Of a stretch of 64,000 bases of DNA, positions 38,895 through 48,935 are shown piece after piece. Position 1 is the first letter of the stretch. Each line of letters opens with the position of its first letter. Location of the stretch: NCBI GenBank assembly GCA_003538135.1, contig DPOR01000005.1:111470-175469 (forward strand), written 5' to 3'. Made by a program: the position numbers and the translations under genes. The notes under the pieces are model-generated. The model saw nothing but the letters and a program-made list of their open reading frames with translations, did not search any database and was not told where the DNA came from. The stretch is from Oscillospiraceae bacterium. GTDB taxonomy: Bacteria > Bacillota > Clostridia > Oscillospirales > Acutalibacteraceae.

Positions 38895-39902
38895 ATGGCA
38901 AAATTCAAACGCATAAAAACGCCTAAAAGTCCCTACATGAGCTATCTGCTCATGCTCGCCGCTCCCGCGATAGTCGCCTGGTATTACTACGGCGCGTTCG
39001 CGTTCAGGGCGATACTTACGGGAGTAGTCAGCGCGGCAGCCGTTGAGGCCGTCGCTCTGCTGATAATGAAAAGGAATCTGAGTCTCCTGTCCGATATGCA
39101 CGCGGTGTTTACGGGACTTGCCGTAGCCATGCTCCTGCCCGCCACGGCTCCCGTCTGGCTGATAGCCTCGGGCGCCGTCTTTGCCGTTCTCGTTGCAAAG
39201 ATACCGTTCGGCACCGCGCATAAGGCTCCGTTCGTGCCTGCCGCGGCGGGAATTGCGTTTTTGACGGTCTGCTTCCCGGACGAGGTTTTCAAATATCCCG
39301 CCATTGACTCCGCGTCGTTCGACGTCTTTGAGGCGGGCTCCTCCCTCGCCGCTCAGCTGAGCGCGGGCGGAATACAGCACGTAAACTCAGTCGGCATAAT
39401 GTCGATAATCTCCGGCAACGTAGCAGGCGCTCTGGGCACCTGCTGTTCCGTAGCGCTGCTCGGCTCCTGCGCCCTGCTCGCCGTCGGAAAACCCAAGAGG
39501 CTCATAAACGTCCTCGGCTTTCTCACCGTGTGCTCCCTGCTTGCGGTAATTTTCCCGCGCGGCTCGTTTTCAAGACCGGTGTCCCTGCTCACGGAGCTCT
39601 GCGCCGGCAGCCTGCTCTTCTCCTGCATTTTCTTCGTCACCGACCCCGGCACAAGCCCGAAGCCCCCGCTGACAAGATTTATCTACGGCGCGTTCGCCGG
39701 ACTTATATGCATGATCCTGCGTTACTTCGGCACGTTTGAGGACGGCACCTGCTTCGGCATACTGCTCACAAACGCCTTTTGGCCGCTGGTCGAAAGCGCG
39801 CTGAGAAAGATAGGCTACAACAGGCTCATTGAAAAATCCATGAAAAAAAGCGCGGAAAAGAAAAAGCGGAAAGCAGCGTTAAAGGGAGGTGAGCCGGCAT
39901 GA
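38895..39902 (+). CDS. RnfD/NqrB-family polytopic membrane protein, divergent (FMN-attachment Thr motif not conserved)
   Basis: Trimmed to MAKFKRIKTP (GAAAGG RBS). RnfD-like helix pattern. At the position of the SGAT flavinylation motif it reads EAGSSLAA. Confidence 0.7.
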   Translation: MAKFKRIKTPKSPYMSYLLMLAAPAIVAWYYYGAFAFRAILTGVVSAAAVEAVALLIMKRNLSLLSDMHAVFTGLAVAMLLPATAPVWLIASGAVFAVLVAKIPFGTAHKAPFVPAAAGIAFLTVCFPDEVFKYPAIDSASFDVFEAGSSLAAQLSAGGIQHVNSVGIMSIISGNVAGALGTCCSVALLGSCALLAVGKPKRLINVLGFLTVCSLLAVIFPRGSFSRPVSLLTELCAGSLLFSCIFFVTDPGTSPKPPLTRFIYGAFAGLICMILRYFGTFEDGTCFGILLTNAFWPLVESALRKIGYNRLIEKSMKKSAEKKKRKAALKGGEPA

Positions 39903-40879
39903 AGTCAGGCAAAAAGTATTCATTCTCCGACGCGCTGTTCAGCAGCACGCTCATTCATAACCCCGTGCTCATTCAGGCTGCGGGCCTCTGCGCGATAGTC
40001 GCGGTCGCAACGACCCTCAAGACGGCCGTTTTGCTCGCGGCGGCGTTCTTCCCCGTGCTTATAATCACGCAGTTTTTCGCCTGTTTGGCTCTCAAGCGCG
40101 TGCCGAGATGGATAAGAGTTGCGATATATCTGCTCCTCGGCACGGCAATAATCTCCGGTATAATCTACGCCATTGATATCTTTGTGCCGGAAATCCGACT
40201 GGGCGCGGGAATATATCTCGCCCTGACGGCGGCGAACTCGATAATCGCACTGCACTGCGAGAAGCTCGCGGTCAAGACCGACCTGCGCCACGCATTTTTT
40301 GACTCCGTGGCAACCGCGCTCGGCTATGCGGCGGTCATTATTCCCGTCGGCGCTCTGCGCGAGATAATAGGCTCGTCCACAATATGGGGCGTAAACATCA
40401 GAATCCCCGTTATATATCCGGCGGTGCTCATGCCGTTCGGCGGATTTATATTTATCGCATTCTTCGCCGCCGCGCTCAAGGCGCTGATAAACAAGCGCTT
40501 CCCAGAGCAGTCGGCAGAGACCGAGATGAAGATAAAGAAAACCTCGGTTATAGTCAGCAAGAAGAATCTTCCCGAAAATGCGGCTCCCGCCAAGGCGGAG
40601 GAGACTCCCGACGCAGAGGAGAGCGTTGAAAGCGAAGAAAGAACCGAGCCCGAGGAGACGGCAGAGACCGTCGAGGTTATTGAAACCGTTGAGGTCACGG
40701 AGGAAGAACCGGATGACCTGTCCCACTTCGAGCCGCTCGACGGCGACAACAGCTTTGATTTGGCGGATATCTTTGCCGACGACGAAAACGACGGCAAGGA
40801 CTACGGCTCGGCGTTCAACCGCCTCTTTGACGAGGCAGAAGATTTTAACTCCGACGAAAAGAAGGAGGGAGACAAATGA
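39899..40879 (+). CDS. RnfE/NqrD-family membrane protein with ~130-aa acidic C-terminal extension
   Basis: NPVLIQAAGLCAIVAV (LGLCP-like). The second conserved motif TNCIILG reads AANSIIAL (Cys to Ser). Tail EETPDAEESVESEERTEPEETAETVEV...DDENDGKDY. Confidence 0.75.
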   Translation: MKSGKKYSFSDALFSSTLIHNPVLIQAAGLCAIVAVATTLKTAVLLAAAFFPVLIITQFFACLALKRVPRWIRVAIYLLLGTAIISGIIYAIDIFVPEIRLGAGIYLALTAANSIIALHCEKLAVKTDLRHAFFDSVATALGYAAVIIPVGALREIIGSSTIWGVNIRIPVIYPAVLMPFGGFIFIAFFAAALKALINKRFPEQSAETEMKIKKTSVIVSKKNLPENAAPAKAEETPDAEESVESEERTEPEETAETVEVIETVEVTEEEPDDLSHFEPLDGDNSFDLADIFADDENDGKDYGSAFNRLFDEAEDFNSDEKKEGDK

Positions 40880-41475
40880 ACATGACCTGGTTTTTTGATC
40901 TGCTCTCCACCGCGCTCTACACCGTGTTCATTCAGAACCTCGTCTTTAACGGCGGCTATGCGGCGAGCGAGGCGCTCATGCTCGCAAAGAAGCCGCGCAG
41001 GCTCTGGATGTTCTCGGCGATGATAGCATTCTTCTCGACCGTTACGGCTCTCGCCTGCCGCGCACTCGAGCTTGTCCCGCAGCACGCCAATCTGCCTGCG
41101 GCTCTGCATTTTGCGATGTACAGCGCCGTGCTAATAGTTGTGTTCCTGATAACGGGTCTTATTCTCAAGCTCGCCCTCGGCGCTACCGAGAAGTTCCTCG
41201 GCACGCTCGGCATGGCGGCGCTCAACACCCTTGTGCTCGCAACGCCCCTGCTCAACCGCAGCGCGGCCTACACCGTTCCCGAGAGCATCGGCTCCGGCAT
41301 AGGCGCGGGTCTTGCGTTCATCCTTGCGGCAACGCTCATATGCAAGGGACTTCACATAATCTCGCAGAATCAGGATATTCCCAAGGCCTTCCGCGGCACC
41401 CCGGCGGCGTTTATCTATGTCGCCCTGCTCTCGCTCGCGTTCTCCGGCTTCTCGGGAAGCTCCCTGTTCTCATAA
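40876..41475 (+). CDS. RnfA/NqrE-family membrane protein, both conserved Cys absent
   Basis: C-terminal IPKAFRGTPAAFIYVALLSLAFSGFSG matches the RnfA [27 protein letters not shown]. The LGLCP and TNCAVLG Cys positions read NGGYAAS and ALNTLVLA. Confidence 0.75.
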   Translation: MNMTWFFDLLSTALYTVFIQNLVFNGGYAASEALMLAKKPRRLWMFSAMIAFFSTVTALACRALELVPQHANLPAALHFAMYSAVLIVVFLITGLILKLALGATEKFLGTLGMAALNTLVLATPLLNRSAAYTVPESIGSGIGAGLAFILAATLICKGLHIISQNQDIPKAFRGTPAAFIYVALLSLAFSGFSGSSLFS

Positions 41476-41535
41476 ATAAATTTTACGCCGCAGGCGGTCT
41501 GTCATACCGGCACGCGGCGCAAAGGATGATGAAAA

Positions 41536-42648
41536 ATGGCAAAGCGCAGCAAATATGATAAGTATTTTTCACCCGGCACTCACAGGAGCATAACCGAATT
41601 CAGCAAGAATGCTGCCGGCGGCTCGAAGCGCCGCAAAAGCTACTCCGAGCGCAGGCGCAACAGAACAGTGGGCATAGTCCTCGCGTGTATTTTAGGCGCG
41701 GCTGCTGTATTCACTGCGGCATTTTTTGTCACCGACACGCTCCTGGGCATCTCCGACTCCGAGGTTAAAACCACCGTCGCCCCCGGCAAGAGTGATAAGG
41801 GCAACAAGGGCGGCTCAAACGACACCACCGCGCCCGCCGCAAACCCGCAGAGCTCCGGCGAGCTGAAGGCTCGCGTCGGCAATGTCTCCCTGCTCGCGGG
41901 CGGAAGCGGACTCGACAGCTATATAGCCTCTCTCAAAAGCGCAGGTCAAAATGCCGTTGTTATAGACTTCAAGGACGCGTCCGGCTACCTCTCTTATCCC
42001 TCGTCGATAGCGGCGGTCAAGGACAAGACCCCCTCGTCAAAGGCTCAGGCCAATGCCGCTCAGAGCATAAAGAAGCTTCAGCAGTCCGGCATAAAGGTCG
42101 TTGCGCGAATATACTGCTTCAAGGATTCGCAGATGCCGCGCGTTGACCGAACCACGGCCGTTCACTACAACAAGACACAGACTATCTGGCTCGACAATGA
42201 GGCGTCCAAGGGCGGCAAGCCGTGGCTCAATCCCTATTCCGAGGCGGCTCGTAATTATCTTCTCGAAGTCGTAAAGGAAGTGAAGAACCTGGGCGTCGAC
42301 GTGATATTGCTCGACGGCGTGCAGTTCCCCGACCTCAACTCAAAAATAGCGACGTTTGACGGCGAGGGCTCGGTATCGAGAAACGCCGTGCTCATAAACT
42401 TCGTCAACTCCTGCGTCTCCGCGTGCTCGGGCACGCCCGTTATCTGCGCGATGAAGGGCGAGGCTGCGGCAGGCGGCAGCAGCGAGATATATAACGGCTC
42501 TCTCTGGAGCGCGAACGCCTACGCCTTTGCGGTAGACCTCAGCTCCCTCAAGGCGGACTTTAAACGCAGCTTCCCCGCCTCAAAGAAAGTAATCGAAATC
42601 AAAGCCTCGGCCTCAAATGCCGACAGCACATATATTTTAACAAAGTAA
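41536..42648 (+). CDS. Membrane-anchored DUF4015-type putative glycoside-hydrolase-like TIM-barrel protein
   Basis: N-terminal TM; AVVIDFKDASGYLSYPS, VVARIYCFKDSQMPR, PWLNPYSEAARNYLLEVVKEVKNLGVDVILLDGVQFPD match the DUF4015/GHL pattern. Confidence 0.6.
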   Translation: MAKRSKYDKYFSPGTHRSITEFSKNAAGGSKRRKSYSERRRNRTVGIVLACILGAAAVFTAAFFVTDTLLGISDSEVKTTVAPGKSDKGNKGGSNDTTAPAANPQSSGELKARVGNVSLLAGGSGLDSYIASLKSAGQNAVVIDFKDASGYLSYPSSIAAVKDKTPSSKAQANAAQSIKKLQQSGIKVVARIYCFKDSQMPRVDRTTAVHYNKTQTIWLDNEASKGGKPWLNPYSEAARNYLLEVVKEVKNLGVDVILLDGVQFPDLNSKIATFDGEGSVSRNAVLINFVNSCVSACSGTPVICAMKGEAAAGGSSEIYNGSLWSANAYAFAVDLSSLKADFKRSFPASKKVIEIKASASNADSTYILTK

Positions 42649-42664
42649 ACAAAGGCCGATAAAA

Positions 42665-44521
42665 ATGCATTTTATTCCCTACAATTCAAGAAAAAAATAT
42701 CACCTCTCGCCCGGCGCGGCAGTGCGCTCGGGTGAGAAAATGACCTTCAGAATAGTCCTGCCCCGCTCGGAGCAGTGCAGCGCGGTTCGCCTTGTGCTTG
42801 AGCCGGACTGCGGCGGCAGAGAGGATATCTCTTTCTCCTGGGAGAGAATGCAGGGCGAGGACGAGGAATGGTGGCGGCTCGAGACCGCCGCGCCCGAAAA
42901 AGAGGGCCTTGTCCGATACCATTTTGAATATGACACTCCGTGGGGTGAGAGGGAGATATCTCTTGAAAGCGGCGGCATCGCCGTAATGGGCGAGGGCGAG
43001 CGCTGGCGGCTGACGGTTTGCGGCGAAAACAGCGACACTCCCCTGTGGCTGCGCGGCGGAGTTATGTATCAGATTTTCCCGGACAGATTCCGTCGCTCCG
43101 GCAAAACTCCCCTTCCCAAGGACAAGCCCGCGGCAGTCTACCACTCCGAGTGGGGCGAGGAGCCCGACTGGGAGCCCGACTCCGACGGCATGATAGACAA
43201 ATACGACTTTTTCGGCGGCGACCTCAGAGGCATAGAGGAAAAGCTCGACTATCTCGAGAGTCTCGGCGTCACCTGCATATATTTGAACCCGATATTCTCC
43301 GCCCGCTCGAACCACCGCTACGACACGGGCGACTACATGAAAATCGACCCGATGCTCGGCACGGAAAAGGATTTCAGAAGTCTTTGCAGAGCGGCCGCTA
43401 AGCGCGGAATAAAAATTTTGCTCGACGGCGTGTTCAGTCACACCGGCGCAGACAGCAAATATTTTGACAAATTTTCAACTTACGGCGGCAAGGGCGCATA
43501 TTGCGACAAAAATTCGCCCTACCGTTCGTGGTATAATTTTCGAAGCTGGCCGGACGATTACGCCTGCTGGTGGGGCGTTGACATTCTGCCGGAGCTCAAC
43601 GAGACCGATCCCGGCGTGTTGGATTTCCTGACAGGCAGACACGGCGTTGCGCGGCATTGGCTCCGCCTCGGCGCATCTGGCTGGCGGCTCGACGTCGCAG
43701 ACGAGCTGCCCGACGAATTTCTCGACCGCTTCCACGACGCAGTCAGAAAAGAGAAAAAAGACGCGTTCATCTACGGCGAGGTCTGGGAGGACGCGACCGA
43801 TAAGATAAGCTACGGCCACCGCCGCAGATACCTTGAGGGCGGCGAGCTGGACAGCGTGATGAACTACCCGTTTGCAAACGCTGTTATAGACTTCGTGCGC
43901 ACGGCGAATGCCGAAAATCTGCGCGAATGCGTGGAGAATATAGTCGAGCACTATCCCCGCGCTTCGCTCGACACGCTGATGAACCATATCGGCACTCACG
44001 ACACCGTGCGCGCCCTGACCCGACTCGGACGAGGAGATGTCCCCCGCCCCGAAAACGGGCGCGACAGGGGCATTATGACCGACGAGCAATATAAAAAGGG
44101 AGTTGAGCTTTTGATGCTCGCCTCCGTTTTGCAGTTCACCCTCCCCGGCGTTCCCTGCGTCTATTACGGCGACGAGGCGGGACTCTCGGGCGGCGAGGAT
44201 CCGTTCAACCGCGCCTGCTTCCCGTGGGGGCATGAGAACAAAGAGCTGCTCGAGCACTATAAAACGCTCGGCAGGATAAGAAAGCTCTGCCCCGCGTTTG
44301 TCGACGGCGAGTTCAACTGCATATCGGCGGTTCTCGGCTGCATCGCCTACGAGCGTATCTCGGACACGGGCTGCGCGCTGATAATCGCAAACGCAAACGA
44401 CCGCGATATAGAATACCGCGTCCCCGAGTGCTGGCGAAACGCGCCCGCTCTTTTCGGCAAGGCGGCATACGGGCGCTCCGTCTCGGTAGGCGCACATTCG
44501 GCAGTAATTTTGCATAGATAA
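42665..44521 (+). CDS. GH13 alpha-glucosidase family enzyme, neopullulanase/cyclomaltodextrinase-like
   Basis: N-terminal CBM34-like domain; YQIFPDRF; GIKILLDGVFSHTG; GWRLDVADE; EVWE; NHIGTHDT (GH13 regions I-IV). Confidence 0.85.
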   Translation: MHFIPYNSRKKYHLSPGAAVRSGEKMTFRIVLPRSEQCSAVRLVLEPDCGGREDISFSWERMQGEDEEWWRLETAAPEKEGLVRYHFEYDTPWGEREISLESGGIAVMGEGERWRLTVCGENSDTPLWLRGGVMYQIFPDRFRRSGKTPLPKDKPAAVYHSEWGEEPDWEPDSDGMIDKYDFFGGDLRGIEEKLDYLESLGVTCIYLNPIFSARSNHRYDTGDYMKIDPMLGTEKDFRSLCRAAAKRGIKILLDGVFSHTGADSKYFDKFSTYGGKGAYCDKNSPYRSWYNFRSWPDDYACWWGVDILPELNETDPGVLDFLTGRHGVARHWLRLGASGWRLDVADELPDEFLDRFHDAVRKEKKDAFIYGEVWEDATDKISYGHRRRYLEGGELDSVMNYPFANAVIDFVRTANAENLRECVENIVEHYPRASLDTLMNHIGTHDTVRALTRLGRGDVPRPENGRDRGIMTDEQYKKGVELLMLASVLQFTLPGVPCVYYGDEAGLSGGEDPFNRACFPWGHENKELLEHYKTLGRIRKLCPAFVDGEFNCISAVLGCIAYERISDTGCALIIANANDRDIEYRVPECWRNAPALFGKAAYGRSVSVGAHSAVILHR

Positions 44522-44542
44522 CACAAAGACCGAGGTGATCGA

Positions 44543-45430
44543 ATGTCAAAGAAAAAGGGAATGAGATTTCGCACGACGCAGGAGAAAAAGACGAGGCAGT
44601 TTCGCCTCTTTTTCCTGGGCTTTATCGCCTTCCTGCTCGTTTTCGCGCTTATCTCCGTAGCCTATATGTTTAAATCGCATCATCTCTCGATAAAGGACCT
44701 TCTGCCCGAAAAGACGAGCGACTCGACCGACGAAAGCACGGATGAGGCTCTTGTGCCCTTAGACGGCAGCGCGACCTTCATGCTCGCGTGCGTCTCGGAC
44801 GACGGGGACGACTTGTACTTAGTCGCCGCGGTGAACGCGGAGTTAAGCTCCGGCGAGGTGCGCGTATGCGCCTTTGATCCGAACACCCGGGTTGACGTCT
44901 CCGGAAATAAGAATTCCCTCAAGGGGCACTATTCGGAGGGCGGCACAAAGGCACTCAAAAGCGCGGTAGACGCGCTGTGCGGCTTCACCGCAGAGCGGTA
45001 TGCCGTCTCGACCGCGAGCCAATTCAAAAATGCCGTAAACGTGCTTGACGGCGCGCAGATAACCGTGCCCGAGCGCGTGAGCTACAAGACAAAGGAGCTC
45101 TCTCTTTCGCTCATGCCCGGCAATCAGACAATAAAGGGCGAGACGCTGCTGAAATATTTCCGCTATTTCCTGACCCCGTCGGGCGGCGGAGCCATAAAGC
45201 AGAGTGAGCTGCTCTGCGTGATGTTTTCGCAGTATATCAACAAGACCTATCTCGCCTCCGGGCGCAACTACTTCTCGCAGATAGTGAATTCTTTGGACAC
45301 CGACATATCCATCGTCGATTTCTCGCGCTGCGAAAGCACGCTCTCGGCTATGGCGGCGAGAGATATAGATTATTCCGCCGTGTCATCTGTTGACGAGCTG
45401 AATGCCGCTCCCGACAGGCGCGGAAAATAA
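44543..45430 (+). CDS. LytR-CpsA-Psr (LCP) family protein
   Basis: N-terminal TM; TFMLACVSDDGDD..YLVAAVN...VRVCAFDPNTRVDV resembles the LCP core. Confidence 0.55.
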   Translation: MSKKKGMRFRTTQEKKTRQFRLFFLGFIAFLLVFALISVAYMFKSHHLSIKDLLPEKTSDSTDESTDEALVPLDGSATFMLACVSDDGDDLYLVAAVNAELSSGEVRVCAFDPNTRVDVSGNKNSLKGHYSEGGTKALKSAVDALCGFTAERYAVSTASQFKNAVNVLDGAQITVPERVSYKTKELSLSLMPGNQTIKGETLLKYFRYFLTPSGGGAIKQSELLCVMFSQYINKTYLASGRNYFSQIVNSLDTDISIVDFSRCESTLSAMAARDIDYSAVSSVDELNAAPDRRGK

Positions 45431-45463
45431 ACCGTTCGGACTTAAAACAAGGGGGTAGGCAAA

Positions 45464-46591
45464 TTGACAAAAAAGCTTCTGCGACTTGCGTCGCTTTTGC
45501 TCGCGCTTATACTTATCTTCTCAGGCTGTTCGCTGCTTGAAGAAGAAGATACCGTTCCCCCGTCCGAAGAATCGGCCGCCTTCGGCAGCTTCAAGCACTA
45601 CTTCGCAAAGCTAAACGAGGACGAGAAGCGCGCCTACAATGCCGTTTTGCGCGACATTGAATCGTTCCCCGAGGAGATTGAAATACCCGAGCTTGATAAC
45701 GGCGAGCTTGAAAACGTCTGGCTCGCCCTGATGTACGACAATCCGGAGCTGATGATGCTCGGGCGCGAGTGCGTGCTCGTCGCAAGAGGGCGAAAGTACT
45801 TCTTCAGCTGCGAATATTCCATGACGAAAGAGGAATATGAGCAGAAAAAGGCCGAGCTTAAATTGAAGGCAGATGAGCTCGGAGCTAAAATAGAAAAAGA
45901 GACTTCTGATTTTGACAAGGAGCTGCTTATCCACGACGCAATAATCGACTCGTGCAGCTACGCGGACTCCGGTCAGCTCATAGCGAGCTCCGCCTACGGC
46001 GTGCTCGTCGAGGGCTCTGCCTCATGCGAAGGCTACGCAAAGGCCGCAAAGCTCCTGCTCGACAGAGCCGGGATAGATAACTACGTCATAACCGGCACCG
46101 CAACGCGCGACGACGGCGAGAGCGAGGGTCATATGTGGAACGTCGTCTTTCTCGACGGTCAGCCCTATAACTTAGACCTCACCTGGGATGACCCTATAGG
46201 CGAGGGCGCGGAGCAGAACAAGCGCTATGCCTATTTCAACATCACCGACGAAGAGCTTCTGAAAACTCACACGTTTTTTGACGAGGCTCCCTGCTGCACG
46301 GCAACGGACTTCAACTATTTTATAAAGCTCGGCAGACAGTTTGACAGCTACAACGCGGAGACGAAATCCGCGCTCTCGAAGCTGTTCGGGGGGCTCAAAT
46401 CAGGCGGCAAGCTCGATATCAGGTTCTCGTCGGATAAGGCTTACAGAGCCGCCCTCAACGGGCTGATAAAGAAAGAGGAAATCTACCGAATTCTGAGCGT
46501 CGCCGACGCGGGCAGGCGCGGCTTTTCAACGACGCAGATAAACTATATCACCGACGACACCCACCGTGTCATCGAATTTATTCTCGTATAA
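45464..46591 (+). CDS. Transglutaminase-like superfamily lipoprotein
   Basis: [11 protein letters not shown] lipobox. Catalytic-triad-like [15 protein letters not shown]...GHMWNVV...DLTWDD. Confidence 0.65.
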   Translation: MTKKLLRLASLLLALILIFSGCSLLEEEDTVPPSEESAAFGSFKHYFAKLNEDEKRAYNAVLRDIESFPEEIEIPELDNGELENVWLALMYDNPELMMLGRECVLVARGRKYFFSCEYSMTKEEYEQKKAELKLKADELGAKIEKETSDFDKELLIHDAIIDSCSYADSGQLIASSAYGVLVEGSASCEGYAKAAKLLLDRAGIDNYVITGTATRDDGESEGHMWNVVFLDGQPYNLDLTWDDPIGEGAEQNKRYAYFNITDEELLKTHTFFDEAPCCTATDFNYFIKLGRQFDSYNAETKSALSKLFGGLKSGGKLDIRFSSDKAYRAALNGLIKKEEIYRILSVADAGRRGFSTTQINYITDDTHRVIEFILV

Positions 46592-46604
46592 CCGGGGTGA
46601 AACA

Positions 46605-47162
46605 ATGGACAAAAAGAGAATCGAGGCGGCTGTGCGCGAGATACTTGCGGCGGTCGGCGAGGACCCGGACAGGGAGGGTCTTGTCGAGACACCCGAGCGC
46701 GTCGCCCGAATGTACGAAGAGATTTTCTCGGGGCTTGAGGACGACCCCAAGCGCCACGTCAAGCTCTTCAACGAGGAAAAAAACGAGGAACTGGTCATTG
46801 TGCGCGACATACCGATGTATTCCATGTGCGAGCACCATCTTCTGCCGTTTATCGGCAGGGCGCATATTGCATATATCCCGCGCGACGGAAGAGTCATAGG
46901 GCTCTCGAAGCTCTCGAGAGTCGTTGACAGCTTTGCTCGCCGTCCCCAGCTTCAGGAGCGGCTGACCTCGCAGATAGCGGACTTTCTCGATGAACAGCTC
47001 GACCCGCTCGGCGTGGCCGTCGTTATCGAGGCAGAGCACCTGTGCATGACGATGCGCGGGGCGCGTGCTTCGGGGGCGCAGACGAGAACCTCCGCCCTGC
47101 GCGGCACAATGCGCTCGGACGCACGGGCGCGCGCCGAGGCAATATCACTTCTCACAAAATAA
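46605..47162 (+). CDS. folE: GTP cyclohydrolase I
   Basis: Trimmed to [14 protein letters not shown]. ...MCEHHLLPF...GLSKLSR... FolE signature. Confidence 0.9.
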   Translation: MDKKRIEAAVREILAAVGEDPDREGLVETPERVARMYEEIFSGLEDDPKRHVKLFNEEKNEELVIVRDIPMYSMCEHHLLPFIGRAHIAYIPRDGRVIGLSKLSRVVDSFARRPQLQERLTSQIADFLDEQLDPLGVAVVIEAEHLCMTMRGARASGAQTRTSALRGTMRSDARARAEAISLLTK

Positions 47163-47171
47163 GGCGATACC

Positions 47172-48008
47172 ATGGAAAATTTTATTTTTGATACCTCATC
47201 CCACACGCTTGTGTGCGGAATACTCAACATAACCCCCGACTCCTTTTCGGACGGCGGCAAATGGGACGAGCCGCAGAAGGCTCTTGAACACGCGCTCGAG
47301 ATGCAGTCGCTCGGCGCCGATATTATAGACGTCGGCGCGCAGTCGACCCGCCCCGGCTCGACAAGGCTCTCCGTCGAGGAGGAGAACGCAAGGCTCATTC
47401 CGGTGCTCGACCTTTTAAAGGGCAAAATAACCGTCCCGATAAGCGTCGACACCTTCTATCCCGAGTGCGCGCGCACGGCGCTCACGCACGGGGCTAAAAT
47501 AATCAACGACGTCAGCGGCGAGGCGAGCGACGAAATGGCAAGGGTCGTCGGCGAATACCGTGCGGGCTGGATAATAATGCACAACCCCGCAGGTGCGGAT
47601 GCCGTACCCGTCTACGAAGGCGGCGTCTCCGGCGATGTGCTCGACTTTTTTATAAAAGCCGCAAAGACCGCACGGGCGCACGGGATTCCCGCGGGCAGCC
47701 TCTGCTTTGACCCGGGCATCGGCTTTGCAAAGAGCTATGAGGACAATCTGCGCCTGATAAGGGATATCGGCAAGCTGAAGCTCAACGGCAGCGCGCTTAT
47801 GTCCGCAGCGTCGAGAAAGCGCGTTATAGGCACGGCCTCCGGCGAGACGGATGCCTCAAGACGCGACCCCGGCACGGTGGCACTGCACACGGCGAGCATA
47901 TTAAACGGCGCAGATATTATCCGCGCCCACGACGTGTTCTCTGCCGTCCAGTCGGCGCGTGTCGCGGACGCCTTAAAAAAGATATGCGGGGAGGAGAACG
48001 GTGGATAA
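47172..48008 (+). CDS. folP: Dihydropteroate synthase
   Basis: CGILNITPDSFSDGG...DIIDVGAQSTRPG... Confidence 0.9.
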   Translation: MENFIFDTSSHTLVCGILNITPDSFSDGGKWDEPQKALEHALEMQSLGADIIDVGAQSTRPGSTRLSVEEENARLIPVLDLLKGKITVPISVDTFYPECARTALTHGAKIINDVSGEASDEMARVVGEYRAGWIIMHNPAGADAVPVYEGGVSGDVLDFFIKAAKTARAHGIPAGSLCFDPGIGFAKSYEDNLRLIRDIGKLKLNGSALMSAASRKRVIGTASGETDASRRDPGTVALHTASILNGADIIRAHDVFSAVQSARVADALKKICGEENGG

Positions 48009-48363
48009 GATAATTATAGATTCGCTGCGCATCTTCGCGTATCACGGAGTAAATCCCGAGGAGCAGGAGGACGGGCAGTTCTTCATTCTCGACATCGAGG
48101 CGGATATGCCTCTTTCAAAGGCCGGAGAGAGCGACGATATAGACGACACCGTCAGCTACGCGCAGATGATAAAATGCGCGCGCAGGGTGTTCACCGCACA
48201 GAAAGACAGGCTCATTGAGCGTGCGGCGCGGCGGGTTGCCGACGCACTGCTCGAGGAATTTCCGCCCCTTTCGGGCGTAAGAGTGACCTGCAAAAAGCCG
48301 GATGCGCCGATGAAGGCGGATTTCGCATTTGCCGCGGTCAGCATTTACAGGGAAAGACAGTAA
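48001..48363 (+). CDS. folB: Dihydroneopterin aldolase
   Basis: MDKIIIDSLRIFAYHGVNPEEQEDGQFF; 120 aa. Confidence 0.85.
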   Translation: MDKIIIDSLRIFAYHGVNPEEQEDGQFFILDIEADMPLSKAGESDDIDDTVSYAQMIKCARRVFTAQKDRLIERAARRVADALLEEFPPLSGVRVTCKKPDAPMKADFAFAAVSIYRERQ

Positions 48364-48412
48364 AAAAATATAGAACGGGCAAGATTTATCAATCGAAAGG
48401 ACTTGTTATTTT

Positions 48413-48919
48413 ATGGCAAACTGTATGCAGGCAGTTATAGGTATCGGTTCAAACATGGGGGACAGATTGAAGAACATAAACGGCGCCGTGCGCTCTCTGT
48501 CCCGCCTTCCAAAGACAAAAATAACGGCGTGCTCCCACGTCTACGAAACAAAGCCCATGGGCTACGAGGATCAGTCGATGTTTTATAACGCCGCGGTAAC
48601 TGTGGAGACGGAGCTCTCCGCGCAGATGCTGCTCGGCGCGTGCCTCGGCATCGAGGGCGCTTACGGGCGCATAAGGACGATAAAGGACGGGCCGCGCGTG
48701 CTCGACCTCGATCTGCTGCTCTATGAGGGCATGAAGAGCGAGAGCTTTCTGCTCACCCTGCCGCATCCGAGAATATTCGAGCGCGCTTTCGTGATGGTTC
48801 CGCTGCTCGACCTGTTCCCGTCCGGCAGAGCTCCCGGACTCTTCTTCCTGCCCGCTCTTCACGAGACAGGCTCGGACGGCGTTGAAAAAATAAACGAAGA
48901 GATAACTCTTCCCGAATAA
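48413..48919 (+). CDS. folK: 2-amino-4-hydroxy-6-hydroxymethyldihydropteridine pyrophosphokinase
   Basis: AVIGIGSNMGDR...PRVLDLDLLLY...LPHPRIFERAFV. Confidence 0.85.
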   Translation: MANCMQAVIGIGSNMGDRLKNINGAVRSLSRLPKTKITACSHVYETKPMGYEDQSMFYNAAVTVETELSAQMLLGACLGIEGAYGRIRTIKDGPRVLDLDLLLYEGMKSESFLLTLPHPRIFERAFVMVPLLDLFPSGRAPGLFFLPALHETGSDGVEKINEEITLPE

Positions 48920-48935
48920 AGAACGAGGTGTACAA

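Noticed and set aside
46592-46604. THF riboswitch expected upstream of the folE-folP-folB-folK operon
   Set aside because: Spacer to the upstream lipoprotein gene is only 13 bp; no room for an aptamer.
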